A stretch of 53,188 nt of DNA from a virus (taxonomy: Duplodnaviria; Caudoviricetes). The notes under the pieces are model-generated. The model worked only from the letters and a program-made list of their open reading frames with translations. It had not been told where the DNA came from and made no database searches. Position numbers and translations under genes: made by a program. Of the stretch, positions 17,828 through 28,465 are shown in pieces. Location: positions 1 through 53,188 of the IMG/VR virus record IMGVR_UViG_3300032236_000387; one strand, written 5' to 3'. Numbering within the stretch: the stretch's first letter is position 1; each line of letters begins with the position of its first letter.

Positions 17828-20461
17828 ATGTCTCAATTGTCGGTTTATACTGGCCCAACGTCCAACACAGACAACCAGCTACGTCTTCAGCAGGCGCAGC
17901 GATCTGGCGCGTATGACCCTGTTGACAAGGTTCGTGTATCGACGCCTCAATCGTTGATTGACACCGACTTTGAGTATGGGCAACAGCCGACAAAATGGGA
18001 ACAAATTTCCCTCCAGAACAATCGTCAGTCGCTTTATTACCTGCCAAACGCCGCGCTGCCAGTTTCAGCGATTACAGGTAACCAAGCCAACTTGTATCAA
18101 TTGGTCATTACGTTTGCTTCAAACGTAACCATTGCTACCGGCACTCCGTTTTTCATTGAAGACACAATTGATCCAAATGCTCAAGGATGGGCATATGTGG
18201 TCGCAGGTGTCTCCGCTGGTACATCGATTACTGTTCAAGTACAGAACCAAGTAACGACGGTCAATAATTACTCTGCAGCATCAACGTATTGCTATCAGGG
18301 TTACACATATTCAAACTGCGGTATTGCCCTGACCGGGACGACGGCATTTACGTTTGTTGGATCAACGGTAAGCGTCACCACATCATTCCCTCATGGGTTG
18401 TCGGCAAATTCGGCAATCTTTATTACGGGAACAACTGGCCCAAGCACGGCAACTCAGATTAACGGGGCGCAAGTTGTTGCGACAACGCCAACTGCCAATA
18501 CGTTTACGTTTACCAACGTCAACGGAACCCCTTCGACCACGATTGCCAACACTGCAGGTCAAACCAACTTGTATGCCCGTCCAGTAGGTTGGGTTGACTG
18601 CCATGCTTATGATGGATCGGTCAACTTTACTGCTGGTGCAAACACACCTAATCAGCAGTTGTTCCGCCAGACTCGTCGGTACTTCCGTTATCAATCTGGA
18701 AAGGGCATTCAGTTTTCTACTGGAACGATCCTTAAGCCACAAATTGCATTTACGACGCTAACTTCGTCTGGAACTACTGTCACTGTAACGAGTAAAACTC
18801 CCCACAATTTGACAGTTGGAACTTACGTTCAAGTTTCTGGTTTTGACCAATCTGCTTACAACGGTATTTTTAAAATTGTTACTGTTGCAACCGCATTGGT
18901 ATTTACTTACACAGCGTTGTTTGTACCATCGGCATCACCGGCAACAAGTACTGCTCCTTTGATTCCGCACGTCAGCCCATATTCATGGTACGGGGCGAGC
19001 AACAAAATTGGATTTTTTGACAGTCAAAACGGAATGTTTTTCCAATTTGATGGTCAGGTTTTGTATTGCGTGCTTCGCAACAGCGTAAATCAAATTACTG
19101 GGACTGTAACTGCAACTCAAAATAGCTCATTGGTAACGGGTAGCAGCACTCAATTTACAACCCAGTTGCTTGTTGGTGATTACATTGTTATTCGAGGGCA
19201 AACGCATCGAGTAACAACGATTACCAGCGATACTCAGTTGTATGTTACGCCTGAATACCGCGGGGCAACAATTGCTAACGCGCTAGTATCCAGAATTGTT
19301 GAAACAAAAGTGCCTCAATCGCAATGGTGGGACGTTTGCGACGGGACTAATTCAATCTCCAACCCGTCGGGGTACAACCTTGATCTAACCAAAGTACAGA
19401 TGTTTTACATCGACTACTCTTGGTACGGCGCAGGAGTAGCCCGGTTTGGGTTCCGTGCGACCAATGGCCAGATCATTTATGTGTACGGGTTCCAGAACAA
19501 CAACGTGCAGTATCAAGCTTATATGCGGTCGGGGAACCTGCCGTCGCACTATGAGCAAAACACTGTATTGCCATTGACTACCATCACCTCAAGCATTGGT
19601 ACAAGCGACACGACAATCAACGTGTTGAGCACTTCTGGATTCAATCCGGCGGGAGGCACGGCCCGAATTATTGGAAATGGTCTTTCAGGAACAATTGAAT
19701 ATGTGACATATACCGGGTTGACATCAACTAGTTTGACTGGATTGACCAGAGGAACAACCGGAGGATCTGCTGCATCAGCGTTTACATATTCAGCAAGCGC
19801 ACCAATTTCAGTTGAATATGCATCGCCAGATTCTGCGGCTATGTTGTCCCATTGGGGTTCGTCGGTGGTGATGGATGGTGGATACACGTCAGACGTATCG
19901 TTGATTTACAACTACGGTATGACATCTTCCATTTCGACATCAAGTGCGACCGCTGTGCCAATCATGGCCATCCGTGTTGCTCCATCGGTGGACAACGGCA
20001 CTGTAGGTACATTCGGTGTCAAAGAGATTATCAACCGTCTGCAGTTGCAGATGCGTGAGATCGCTATGTTGACCACGACTAGCTACTTGGTTCAATTTAT
20101 TTTGAACGGTGTGATTGGGGGCACAAGCGGGTTTACTTCGTTTGCCTCACCAACTCAGAACAACACCAACACAACGTCGATTGTTCAAGTGGCCACGAAC
20201 ACCAATACGGCAACCACCATTACCGGCGGCGAGTCGATTGCGGCGTTCTTCACCAATACGGCTGGTCAAACGACGTTGGACTTGACTGCGGTTGCACCGT
20301 TCGGAAACAGCATTTTGGGTGGTGGTTTGACAAACACTGTACCGACAGGTCAAGCAGGAACATACCCTGATGGTCCGGACATTTTGTATGTAACAGTGAG
20401 CCAAATTGGTACAAACGGAACCGCATTTGCCCGTTTGTCTTGGCAAGAGTCGCAGGCTTAA
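17828..20461 (+). CDS. Large virion structural protein (fibre/spike-like, 877 aa)
   Basis: Thr-rich beta repeats (TVTTSFPHGL, TSKTPHNL); RQTRRYFRYQSGKG and YSWYGAG motifs seen in phage structural proteins. Confidence 0.7.
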   Translation: MSQLSVYTGPTSNTDNQLRLQQAQRSGAYDPVDKVRVSTPQSLIDTDFEYGQQPTKWEQISLQNNRQSLYYLPNAALPVSAITGNQANLYQLVITFASNVTIATGTPFFIEDTIDPNAQGWAYVVAGVSAGTSITVQVQNQVTTVNNYSAASTYCYQGYTYSNCGIALTGTTAFTFVGSTVSVTTSFPHGLSANSAIFITGTTGPSTATQINGAQVVATTPTANTFTFTNVNGTPSTTIANTAGQTNLYARPVGWVDCHAYDGSVNFTAGANTPNQQLFRQTRRYFRYQSGKGIQFSTGTILKPQIAFTTLTSSGTTVTVTSKTPHNLTVGTYVQVSGFDQSAYNGIFKIVTVATALVFTYTALFVPSASPATSTAPLIPHVSPYSWYGASNKIGFFDSQNGMFFQFDGQVLYCVLRNSVNQITGTVTATQNSSLVTGSSTQFTTQLLVGDYIVIRGQTHRVTTITSDTQLYVTPEYRGATIANALVSRIVETKVPQSQWWDVCDGTNSISNPSGYNLDLTKVQMFYIDYSWYGAGVARFGFRATNGQIIYVYGFQNNNVQYQAYMRSGNLPSHYEQNTVLPLTTITSSIGTSDTTINVLSTSGFNPAGGTARIIGNGLSGTIEYVTYTGLTSTSLTGLTRGTTGGSAASAFTYSASAPISVEYASPDSAAMLSHWGSSVVMDGGYTSDVSLIYNYGMTSSISTSSATAVPIMAIRVAPSVDNGTVGTFGVKEIINRLQLQMREIAMLTTTSYLVQFILNGVIGGTSGFTSFASPTQNNTNTTSIVQVATNTNTATTITGGESIAAFFTNTAGQTTLDLTAVAPFGNSILGGGLTNTVPTGQAGTYPDGPDILYVTVSQIGTNGTAFARLSWQESQA

Positions 20462-20462
20462 T

Positions 20463-20978
20463 ATGCCAAGCAAATCTCCAGCCCAGCATCGTTTGATGGA
20501 AGCAGCCGCCCACACAAAGGGCGGTGTTGGTGGTGTTCCTCAATCTGTCGGCAAAGAGTTTGTCCGCGCCGACAAAAACATGAAGGAAGGTGGTCTGTAT
20601 GCCAATATCCATGCAAAGCGTAAAAGAATCGCTGAAGGCTCTGGTGAGCATATGCGTAAAGTGGGGGCAAAAGGAGCGCCAACTGCTGGAGCCTTCAAAG
20701 CAGCAGCAAGAACAGCTAAAGGAAAAGCTGACGGAGGCCCAAGTCTGGCTGTCGAGAGGGGCGAAAAACTCTCAACAGAACGTGGCGCAGGACTTACCGA
20801 AAAAGGACGAGCCAAGTACAACCGGGAAACCGGATCTCACTTGAAAGCTCCGCAGCCACAAGGTGGGTCGCGCAAAGATTCATTTTGCGCGAGAATGTCA
20901 GGGGTGGTGAAGCACTCGAAGGGTGATGCGCCAAGAGCCAAAGCTTCGTTAAAACGCTGGGATTGCCCCGGCTGGTAA
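20463..20978 (+). CDS. Basic tripartite protein ending in a DUF6321-like domain
   Basis: ATG at 20463; GLTEKGRAKYNRETGSHLKAPQPQGGSRKDSFCARMSG...SLKRWDC; segments separated by MKEGG and KADGG. Confidence 0.7.
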   Translation: MPSKSPAQHRLMEAAAHTKGGVGGVPQSVGKEFVRADKNMKEGGLYANIHAKRKRIAEGSGEHMRKVGAKGAPTAGAFKAAARTAKGKADGGPSLAVERGEKLSTERGAGLTEKGRAKYNRETGSHLKAPQPQGGSRKDSFCARMSGVVKHSKGDAPRAKASLKRWDCPGW

Positions 20979-20988
20979 GGAGAGGATT

Positions 20989-21423
20989 GTGAGTGATTTT
21001 TTCAAGGCTTATGATCCAAACCGAATGGCTGAAATTATCAAGTCTCCAAAGGAGAAAAATGTGGATGCTGCTCGTAAGTTGTACGCAAAAGAGTACATGA
21101 AAAAAGGCAAGACGGCGAAAGAGTCAAAAGGAGCCATGGAGCACGCCTACGGTGAAGTAGAAAAAAAACATGGAAAAGAAATGCTTGAAAGGCTCAAGTC
21201 TTACCATGATAAAAATCAATCAGGGGATGATGAATCCAGCTCTTCAAAAGAAAAGCAGGAAATGATCTATCGTCCTGTAAGAAAGAAAAACAAAGAAGAA
21301 GAAGATAAAGAGAAGGCAAAGCCTACTCCTCATGGGATCAAGCCTAACATTGACTGGTACAAGAAAGGCGGGAAGATCAGCACGGCGGAACACGGGAATT
21401 CCAAGCACAAGCACTGCTGGTAA
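20989..21423 (+). CDS. Lys/Glu-rich protein with a C-terminal YKKGGKI motif
   Basis: AAGGAGAGG RBS, GTG start. Confidence 0.7.
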   Translation: MSDFFKAYDPNRMAEIIKSPKEKNVDAARKLYAKEYMKKGKTAKESKGAMEHAYGEVEKKHGKEMLERLKSYHDKNQSGDDESSSSKEKQEMIYRPVRKKNKEEEDKEKAKPTPHGIKPNIDWYKKGGKISTAEHGNSKHKHCW

Positions 21424-21431
21424 GGTGAGCC

Positions 21432-22505
21432 ATGGCGTATAGCGGCACCGTCGGTCAAACGACAATCACTGTCCAGCAATTTATTGATCAGGGTGCCCGT
21501 CTCGCCGGTAAGCTTGCGGAAGAACTGACGGTTGAGCAGGTTCAGGGTTCTAAACAGGCTCTGTTCTTTGTTCTAAGCAACCTGATCAATCAGGGCATTA
21601 ACTACTGGGCCATCAATCAGCAGGTCTATGGACTGTTGCCCAATCAGTTTGAATACCTGCTGCCGGTAGGTGGAGTAGACGTTTTGAACGTCTTGTATCG
21701 CACGATGACGCGGCCAAGCGCATCGTATGCGGCAAGTGATGGTAGCAACACGTCGAACATTTACGACGGCAACATCACGACGTACAACCAGATGACCGTG
21801 GCCAACGGTAGCTACACGGCCTACTACGGAACGACGAATACTCAGTACATCGGTTCAATTGGTTTCATGCCGTATGTGGCCAATAATGGCACGGCAACAT
21901 GGAACTACTATCTGCAGTGTTCTGCCGATGGCACGACTTGGACAACGCTGTACACGGGAACTTCGGTTACTGTGACTGGTGGCCAGTGGATATTCCAGAA
22001 CATTGATCCCGGCGCGAACGTCGCGTATTACCGGATTCAAGCGTTTGGCGGGACTACTCTGGCGTTGTATGAGTTTTATTTGGGAACGAATTCAACCGAG
22101 ATCATGATGGCTCGGCTGAACAGGGACGATTACACGAACCTTCCAAATAAAAATTTTACAGCCAATCAGCCGTATCAATTTTGGTTTAATCGCACGATCC
22201 CGCAGGCGACAATTACGTTGTGGCCAACGCCATCAAATGCTTTTGTTCAGATGGTGGTTTGGTATTCGCGCCAGATCATGGACGTTGGCGATCTGAATGG
22301 TTCTCTTGAAATTCCGCAGCGATGGAATCAAGCTATTCAGTATTTGCTGGGTCATCAGATGAGCCTGATACTTCCAAGTGTTGAGCCTGCGAGGATTCAA
22401 TACCTTGAAGGTCAGGCTGAGAAGTACTTTATGATGGCCGAGAACGAAGAACGCGATAAGTCTCCGATCTACTGGGCACCCAACATTTCGGTGTATACAA
22501 GGTAA
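21432..22505 (+). CDS. Putative head-tail adaptor with an inserted discoidin (F5/8 type C)-like domain
   Basis: Adaptor-like flanks (RLNRDDYTNLPNK...ITLWPTP...EIPQRW); insert with LQCSADGTTWTTL...YYRI. Confidence 0.6.
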   Translation: MAYSGTVGQTTITVQQFIDQGARLAGKLAEELTVEQVQGSKQALFFVLSNLINQGINYWAINQQVYGLLPNQFEYLLPVGGVDVLNVLYRTMTRPSASYAASDGSNTSNIYDGNITTYNQMTVANGSYTAYYGTTNTQYIGSIGFMPYVANNGTATWNYYLQCSADGTTWTTLYTGTSVTVTGGQWIFQNIDPGANVAYYRIQAFGGTTLALYEFYLGTNSTEIMMARLNRDDYTNLPNKNFTANQPYQFWFNRTIPQATITLWPTPSNAFVQMVVWYSRQIMDVGDLNGSLEIPQRWNQAIQYLLGHQMSLILPSVEPARIQYLEGQAEKYFMMAENEERDKSPIYWAPNISVYTR

Positions 22506-22882
22506 TGCCACGCTTTCTAAACACGGTTGGCAATGCAGTAATTGCGATCTTTATCTGCGACAGATGCAAGATGAAGAGGCCGATCATTGAAGCAATGCCA
22601 GACCCCAATTTTCCGGGTCTGAAAGTGTGTACGCACGGGTGTGCAGACCAGAAAGATCCGTACCGTTTACCGGCTAGACAAACAGAGCGGATTGCTCTTC
22701 AATACCCTCGGCCAGATGTCAGTGTTGCAGCAAATGATGATGGTTTGGTTGTAACGCCTACTGGAAACAGTGGAGTGAAGGGAGATCAGACTCAGGTGTA
22801 CATCAGTACCCAGAACAGCACCGCCACACCAAAACAGAATGGCAACGTAGACATCATCACGCCGAACCCAACGAGCCAATAA
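22505..22882 (+). CDS. Zn-ribbon-like structural-module protein
   Basis: CDRC...LKVCTHGCAD...YPRPD. Confidence 0.65.
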   Translation: MPRFLNTVGNAVIAIFICDRCKMKRPIIEAMPDPNFPGLKVCTHGCADQKDPYRLPARQTERIALQYPRPDVSVAANDDGLVVTPTGNSGVKGDQTQVYISTQNSTATPKQNGNVDIITPNPTSQ

Positions 22883-22883
22883 A

Positions 22884-25037
22884 ATGAGTGGACAAGTAAC
22901 GATTCTCCAGCTTCCGACCGCCAGTGCTCTGACGGGTGCTGAAGCGGTTCCGATTGTCCAAAATGGGGTTACGGTACAGACAACGGCCAGCGCAATTTCA
23001 GGGGCTGGTGCGCTTAACTATCCATTCCTGACGGTTGGCTCGACATCTGGCTTGACGCAGGCACGCTATATGGCCGCGGGGACCGGGTTGTCCCTTACGG
23101 ATAATGGCGCAGGCTCCACCCTGCAGATAAACATGACTGGAGCGGCGTCTGCGCTCAATTCAGCATCCACTGGATTGATCGTCAAGACCGGCGGTAGCAC
23201 GATCTCCAGCGTGTCTCTGACGGTCGGTAGTGGCCTTACCATTACCAATGCAGATGGGACCGCAGGGAACCCTCTGATTGGTCTTAGCACGAACTTGCAG
23301 AACCTTTCCAGCCTGTCTGGAACGGGATTGATGACTATCAGCGGTAGCACGTTTGGCCAAACGTCGATTACTGGCACCAGTGGTCAGATATCAGTGGCTA
23401 ACGGTAGCTCTGCGCCTGTAATTAGTCTGGCTACGACTGGGGTATCGGCGGCGACTTACACGTTGCCTACGGTTGTTGTAGACGCTTATGGACGCATCAC
23501 ATCGGCGTCAAATGCCACGACGACTGGTGCCGGGAACGTGGTTTTGTCTGTTGGGCCAACGCTGACTGGGACGCCGACCGCCCCAACTCCTACATTAGGC
23601 ACCAATAATACTCAAATTGCCACGACTGCTTTTGTTGTTCAATCTGTCAGCGCGGCTGGTGGCGGAACTGTTTCAACGGTATCTGTAGTTACTGCAAATG
23701 GGTTTTCTGGATCGGTAGCAAACCAGACTACAACTCCCGCAATCACCCTTGCAACGACCATTACCGGGTTGTTGAAAGGAAGCACGAGCGCAATTGTTGC
23801 AGCTACCGCAGGAACAGATTATTTGGCTCCGCCTAGCGGAACGGCGTTATTAAAAGCCAACAGTGGTGGCGCATTAGCAAACGCTGTAGCAGGCACTGAT
23901 TATCTGGCACCACCCAGTGGGACTGCGCTACTGAAAGCCAATAGTGGCGGAGCACTGGCCAATGCGATATCAGGAACGGATTATGCTCCTGCCACGTCTG
24001 GAACCTCGATACTTTATGGAAACGGGTCTGGTGGATTTAGCAACGTAACCATTGGATCTGGACTTAGTTTTTCTACTGGAACTCTGACTTCAACGGGGAG
24101 TGGCGGAACGGTGACATCCGTAAGTTTTACGGGTGGAATCATCAGTGTTGGGAATGCAACCACGACGCCTGCCCTGACTGTTGCAGGCACATCCGGCGGC
24201 ATTCCTTATTTTAGTTCTGGCACAACGTGGGCATCCAGTGCTGTATTAGCATCCAATGCTTTGATGATTGGCGGTGGCGCAGGAGCAACCCCGGCAACAA
24301 CGACAACGGGTACGGGTGTATTGACTGCATTGGGAAACACAACCAATGCTGCAAGTGGCATTGTTGTCAAAGATGCAAATGCCAATATCACTACAAATCA
24401 AATTTTTGAAGGTTACTCGAACGTAGCCGCTGCAGGTACAACTACTACACTTACAGCAGCTTCAGTTCCAAATTATGTCGTTACCGGGTCTGGCGGACAA
24501 ACGTATCAGTTGCCTGATGCAACTACCCTGCCAAATGGAGCGGATTTTACATTTAACAACAACCAATCTAGCGGAACAATTGTTGTTAACAATAATTCTG
24601 GCACCACCATTGTTACTGTTCAATCTGGTTCATTTGTAACTGTCAGCTTATTAAGCAATTCAACAGCAGCAGGTTCTTGGGACAATCATGCAGGCATTCC
24701 AGCCGGAACCTCATGGTCTACCAACACATTGAGTACGGGAGCGGCGATCACATCAACGCAAGCCGTCACTGGTAGTAGATTGATTTCGACGGTAGCTACG
24801 GGCACAGCACCGCTGACGGTTACCAGCACCACTCAAGTGGCAAACTTGAATGCAGCGACTGCTGGAACGGCTACAAATTCTACAAACGTAGCTCTTTCAG
24901 CAGGCACCGGGGCAACCAATTATCTGACGTTTTCGGCGACTGCTACGGGTAACCAACCGTTAACAACCAACACGTTATTGACATACAATTACACCAATAA
25001 TGCTCTGACTGCAGGCGTTACTGGCGGCACTTTCTAA
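22884..25037 (+). CDS. Tail fibre protein (717 aa)
   Basis: VVVDAYGRITSAS, PTLTGTPTAPT...TQIATTAFV and GTAPLTVTSTTQVANLNA fibre motifs. Confidence 0.85.
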   Translation: MSGQVTILQLPTASALTGAEAVPIVQNGVTVQTTASAISGAGALNYPFLTVGSTSGLTQARYMAAGTGLSLTDNGAGSTLQINMTGAASALNSASTGLIVKTGGSTISSVSLTVGSGLTITNADGTAGNPLIGLSTNLQNLSSLSGTGLMTISGSTFGQTSITGTSGQISVANGSSAPVISLATTGVSAATYTLPTVVVDAYGRITSASNATTTGAGNVVLSVGPTLTGTPTAPTPTLGTNNTQIATTAFVVQSVSAAGGGTVSTVSVVTANGFSGSVANQTTTPAITLATTITGLLKGSTSAIVAATAGTDYLAPPSGTALLKANSGGALANAVAGTDYLAPPSGTALLKANSGGALANAISGTDYAPATSGTSILYGNGSGGFSNVTIGSGLSFSTGTLTSTGSGGTVTSVSFTGGIISVGNATTTPALTVAGTSGGIPYFSSGTTWASSAVLASNALMIGGGAGATPATTTTGTGVLTALGNTTNAASGIVVKDANANITTNQIFEGYSNVAAAGTTTTLTAASVPNYVVTGSGGQTYQLPDATTLPNGADFTFNNNQSSGTIVVNNNSGTTIVTVQSGSFVTVSLLSNSTAAGSWDNHAGIPAGTSWSTNTLSTGAAITSTQAVTGSRLISTVATGTAPLTVTSTTQVANLNAATAGTATNSTNVALSAGTGATNYLTFSATATGNQPLTTNTLLTYNYTNNALTAGVTGGTF
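23808..23990 (+). repeat. Tandem 27-aa repeat AGTDYLAPPSGTALLKANSGGALANA(V/I) in the fibre (2 copies plus a partial)
   Basis: Protein-identical, codon-diverged copies. Confidence 0.85.
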
Positions 25038-25046
25038 GGAAGGCAG

Positions 25047-25727
25047 ATGGCACAATCTGGATTTACCCCAATATCGCTGTACTACAGCACAACGGCTTCT
25101 GCTGTTCCGGTCAACACTAACTTGGCCAATGGCGAGTTGGCAATTAACATTACCGACGGGAAACTGTATTACAAAAATAACTCTGGGGTAGTTACCCTTC
25201 TAGCTTCTAGTGGTACAGCTTCGTTTCCGGGCGCAGGCATTGCCAATTCAACCGGATCGGCATGGGGTACATCTTATTCAACTAGCGGAAGTGGTACAGT
25301 CGTTGCGCTTACAACAAGTCCTTCGTTTACCACTCCAGTATTAGGTACGCCAACATCGGGAAACCTTGCCAACTGTACAGCAGACGGTACAAACTCGGTC
25401 GGTTACTTAAACATCCCGCAGAATGCCCAAACTGGCAGCTATACGACTGTACTTTCCGATGCGGGTAAGCATATTTACCATGCTTCAGGGGCTGGTGCTG
25501 CAACGTACACAATTGCGGCAAACTCTTCTGTTGCGTATGTAATTGGAACAGTGATCTCGTTTGTAAACCTGTCAACAACATCAATCAGCATTGCAATCAA
25601 TACTGATACCATGTACTTGGGCAACAGCGGAACTACGGGCACCCGGACATTGGCTCAATACGGAGTTGCTAACGCGCTTAAAATCACCAGCACCGCTTGG
25701 ATCATCACCGGGACTGCTTTGACATGA
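25047..25727 (+). CDS. Short tail fibre/adhesin subunit
   Basis: LANGELAINITDGKLYYK N-terminus; PVLGTPTSGNL; C-terminal SYTTVLSDAGK...AWIITG domain. Confidence 0.8.
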   Translation: MAQSGFTPISLYYSTTASAVPVNTNLANGELAINITDGKLYYKNNSGVVTLLASSGTASFPGAGIANSTGSAWGTSYSTSGSGTVVALTTSPSFTTPVLGTPTSGNLANCTADGTNSVGYLNIPQNAQTGSYTTVLSDAGKHIYHASGAGAATYTIAANSSVAYVIGTVISFVNLSTTSISIAINTDTMYLGNSGTTGTRTLAQYGVANALKITSTAWIITGTALT

Positions 25728-26959
25728 GTGGCATTCTTAGCGCTTTTGTAGGTGGGGGATATGGATCAAAACCCGGTGCCCCTACGATTGGGACTGCAAC
25801 TGCGACTGGCTCATCAACTGCAACGGTGGCTTATACAGCCCCTGCAAACAATGGCGGTCTTGTAATTACTAGCTACACGGCAACATCAAGTCCGGGTAGC
25901 ATCACAGGAACATTGAACCAAGCCGGATCAGGAACAATTACGGTTTCTGGGTTGAGTCCGAGTACGTCTTACACTTTTACCGTAACTGCAACCAATGCCG
26001 CTGGAACAGGACCGGCAAGTGCGGCAAGTAATAGCATTACTACCAGTGCGGTTACAGGAGCAACATTTACAAATACCGCCGGAACTTTTTCATTTATTGT
26101 TCCTGCTGGAGTCACCTCAATCTCAGCGATTGTTCAATCTGGTGGAGGTTCAGGCGCTTGGGGAGCTTCGGGTGGCGGTGGTGGCGGCGGCGGTGGTGGT
26201 GGTTTGGCTTTTTATAACAATTTGACAGTTTCTTCGGGGCAATCCTATAGTTACACCGTTGGAGGAGGTGGTGCTAGGCCAACTGCTTGCAACAATGGAA
26301 ATGACGGTGGAGACAGTAGATTTAATCTTAATACTTGCGGTTCGCTTTATATATTAGCCGTTCGAGGCGGTGGAGGCGCTACTGCTGCAAACGGCGGTTG
26401 CGGAGGTTCGGGTCGAGGCGGTAACTACAGCCCAATTTCTGGTGTTTGTGCTAGTAAATATGGTTCTGGAACCGGAGGAGTTGGAGGAAATAGAACTGGG
26501 GGTCTAAGCGGCGGCGGAGGTGGTGCTTCCGGGGGAGGACTTCAAGCCTGCGGAAATTATACTAACAGCGGCGGTATTGGAGGAACTTACACGACTCTAA
26601 CCGGAAACGGTCGCGCTGCTGCTTGTAGCTCTGGTGGCGCAGGAGGTGGATCAACTGCTAGTGGAGGCGGCGGTGGTGGTGGAACCGCGTTTGGACAATT
26701 TGGCAGGGGAGCAACTGGAGGTGCAAATTCAGGCGGCCCTGACGGAACCGGAGGCAGACCGGGTAGTAGCGGATTTGCTGGTTACACGGGCAGTTGCAGC
26801 ACTTGCCCAACTTTTTCAGGAGCGCGTGGGGGGGATTATGGCGGTGGCGGCGGCGGAGGTAGCAATTCCGTTGGTCCCGGAGGCGCTGGAGCAGGCGGTT
26901 ATGTAAGGATTATTTACCCCGGAACCACGAGACAGTGGCCTACGACTAATATTCCTTAA
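25724..26959 (+). CDS. Fibronectin type III plus glycine-rich receptor-binding/fibre protein
   Basis: PGAPTIGTATA...YTFTVTATNAAGTGPASAASNSIT (FN3), then a Gly-rich domain with scattered Cys; ATG at 25724. Confidence 0.8.
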   Translation: MSGILSAFVGGGYGSKPGAPTIGTATATGSSTATVAYTAPANNGGLVITSYTATSSPGSITGTLNQAGSGTITVSGLSPSTSYTFTVTATNAAGTGPASAASNSITTSAVTGATFTNTAGTFSFIVPAGVTSISAIVQSGGGSGAWGASGGGGGGGGGGGLAFYNNLTVSSGQSYSYTVGGGGARPTACNNGNDGGDSRFNLNTCGSLYILAVRGGGGATAANGGCGGSGRGGNYSPISGVCASKYGSGTGGVGGNRTGGLSGGGGGASGGGLQACGNYTNSGGIGGTYTTLTGNGRAAACSSGGAGGGSTASGGGGGGGTAFGQFGRGATGGANSGGPDGTGGRPGSSGFAGYTGSCSTCPTFSGARGGDYGGGGGGGSNSVGPGGAGAGGYVRIIYPGTTRQWPTTNIP

Positions 26960-26985
26960 TTTATTTTTTAAGCAACGGAAAAAAA

Positions 26986-27459
26986 ATGAAATTGTTTATC
27001 AAAGTTGTTAACGGGCAAACCGTTGACCATCCTGTTTTTGAGGAAAATTTGCTGCAGGCATTCCCAGACGGAATTCCTAGTGAATACGAACCTTTTGAAA
27101 GAATCCAACCAACACAAATTCCAAAGACATATGAAAAATCAATTTGTGAATATGTAAAAAACAACAACGGGGTCTGGAGTGATTCTTGGTCTATTCGAGA
27201 AATGACGGACGAAGAAAAGCAAATCAAAACCAACGAGCTAATTGAAAACGCAGAAAGTTATAAAAGATTTCGGTTGACAGTTGCAAACCGAAACGCTGTT
27301 GTGGCAATGGCCAACTCTGATTTGGCTGCCCTATCCGCTTGGAATTTGTGTATTGAAAAATTAAAAGCATATTCCGTTATATCGGTAGACCCCCTTATTC
27401 CTCCTTTGCCAAAATTACCAATCATGGACGAGTCTGGAAAATGGGTTGAGCCAGAATGA
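26986..27459 (+). CDS. Putative tail fibre assembly chaperone
   Basis: Follows the fibre genes; WSIREMTDEEK motif. Confidence 0.5.
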   Translation: MKLFIKVVNGQTVDHPVFEENLLQAFPDGIPSEYEPFERIQPTQIPKTYEKSICEYVKNNNGVWSDSWSIREMTDEEKQIKTNELIENAESYKRFRLTVANRNAVVAMANSDLAALSAWNLCIEKLKAYSVISVDPLIPPLPKLPIMDESGKWVEPE

Positions 27460-28106
27460 GCGATTCAATTTTTAATATTGAACATTTTGTTTATTTTCCA
27501 TCAAGCATTTCAACCGTTGATGGGTTTGGTTTTTTAGATTTAGTGAGCGCTGTTGCGAATGAAGAGCTTGAAAAAACAAAAATTCAACATCCAAAGTTAG
27601 ACGAAATCTACCCAGTACGCATAACAGGAAACTTGGTTGAAAACGCTCGCTTGCAAGAATTTAATGATTTTGTTGCTACATCCGCTTGGCAAGTCTTGAC
27701 TCATCAAGGCTATGCAACCGAAAACATGGGAATGTTTTTAAGCGAAATATGGGTTCAAGAGCACCACAAGCATTCTTTAATGGAACAACACGTCCATGGC
27801 TCAGGATTGCAAATGATTGGATTTTACTTTTTGAATGCGCCAGAGAATTGTTCTAAAGCTATTTTTCACGACCCGCGTCCCGGTAAGGTTCAAACAAACC
27901 TTCCAGAAAAAGATGTCTCTCAAGCCACTTTTGGTAGCAACATGGTAAATTTTTCTCCAAAACCGGGAATGTTACTGTTGACCAATTCTTGGCTTCCGCA
28001 TTCGTTTACTCGTCATGCATCAGAAGAGCCTTTGTTGTTTGTGCATTTGAACCTTGGGGTTCAATTTGGCATTAGACCATCTACGCAGTCGGCAGAAGTT
28101 ATTTAG
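27456..28106 (+). CDS. TIGR02466/2OG-FeII_Oxy_5-like double-stranded beta-helix oxygenase, paralog A
   Basis: WVQ...HVH...GFYFL...FHDPRP...PKPGMLLLTNSWLPHS. Confidence 0.8.
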   Translation: MSDSIFNIEHFVYFPSSISTVDGFGFLDLVSAVANEELEKTKIQHPKLDEIYPVRITGNLVENARLQEFNDFVATSAWQVLTHQGYATENMGMFLSEIWVQEHHKHSLMEQHVHGSGLQMIGFYFLNAPENCSKAIFHDPRPGKVQTNLPEKDVSQATFGSNMVNFSPKPGMLLLTNSWLPHSFTRHASEEPLLFVHLNLGVQFGIRPSTQSAEVI

Positions 28107-28122
28107 ACATTTTGGAGATGTT

Positions 28123-28275
28123 ATGAATTACACCCTTCCCATTGAACTTATCAATCAAGTTCTTGGCTATCTTGGTGGCCGACCGTATCAAGAAGTTTTC
28201 CAATTAATCAATCTTATTCAAAGCTCGGCCAAGGTTCAAGAAGAACCAAAACCGTCAGAACCTGATCATGTCTAA
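28123..28275 (+). CDS. Small protein (50 aa, ...LGGRPYQEVFQLI...)
   Basis: GGAG RBS, ATG at 28123. Confidence 0.65.
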   Translation: MNYTLPIELINQVLGYLGGRPYQEVFQLINLIQSSAKVQEEPKPSEPDHV

Positions 28276-28465
28276 GCCTGCGACTGCTGCTGAAATTGAT
28301 GCCAAAATCATGGCGCACATTGATGTGTGCGCGGTTAGGTACGAAGGCATTGAAAAGGAAACCAAGGGTATCCACGCTCGCATCAAGCGTCTGGAACAAA
28401 TCGTCATCAGCGGATCAGGGGCCATCATTCTGCTGTTGTTGACCATCATCCTAAAGGTTCATTAA
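28268..28465 (+). CDS. Coiled-coil plus C-terminal TM protein (lysis accessory)
   Basis: HIDVCAVRYEGI...RIKRLE followed by a hydrophobic tail. Confidence 0.6.
   Translation: MSKPATAAEIDAKIMAHIDVCAVRYEGIEKETKGIHARIKRLEQIVISGSGAIILLLLTIILKVH

Noticed and set aside
22884-26959. Diversity-generating retroelement or invertase-driven fibre switching
   Set aside because: No reverse transcriptase, TR/VR pair or recombinase seen; fibre repeats differ at synonymous positions.
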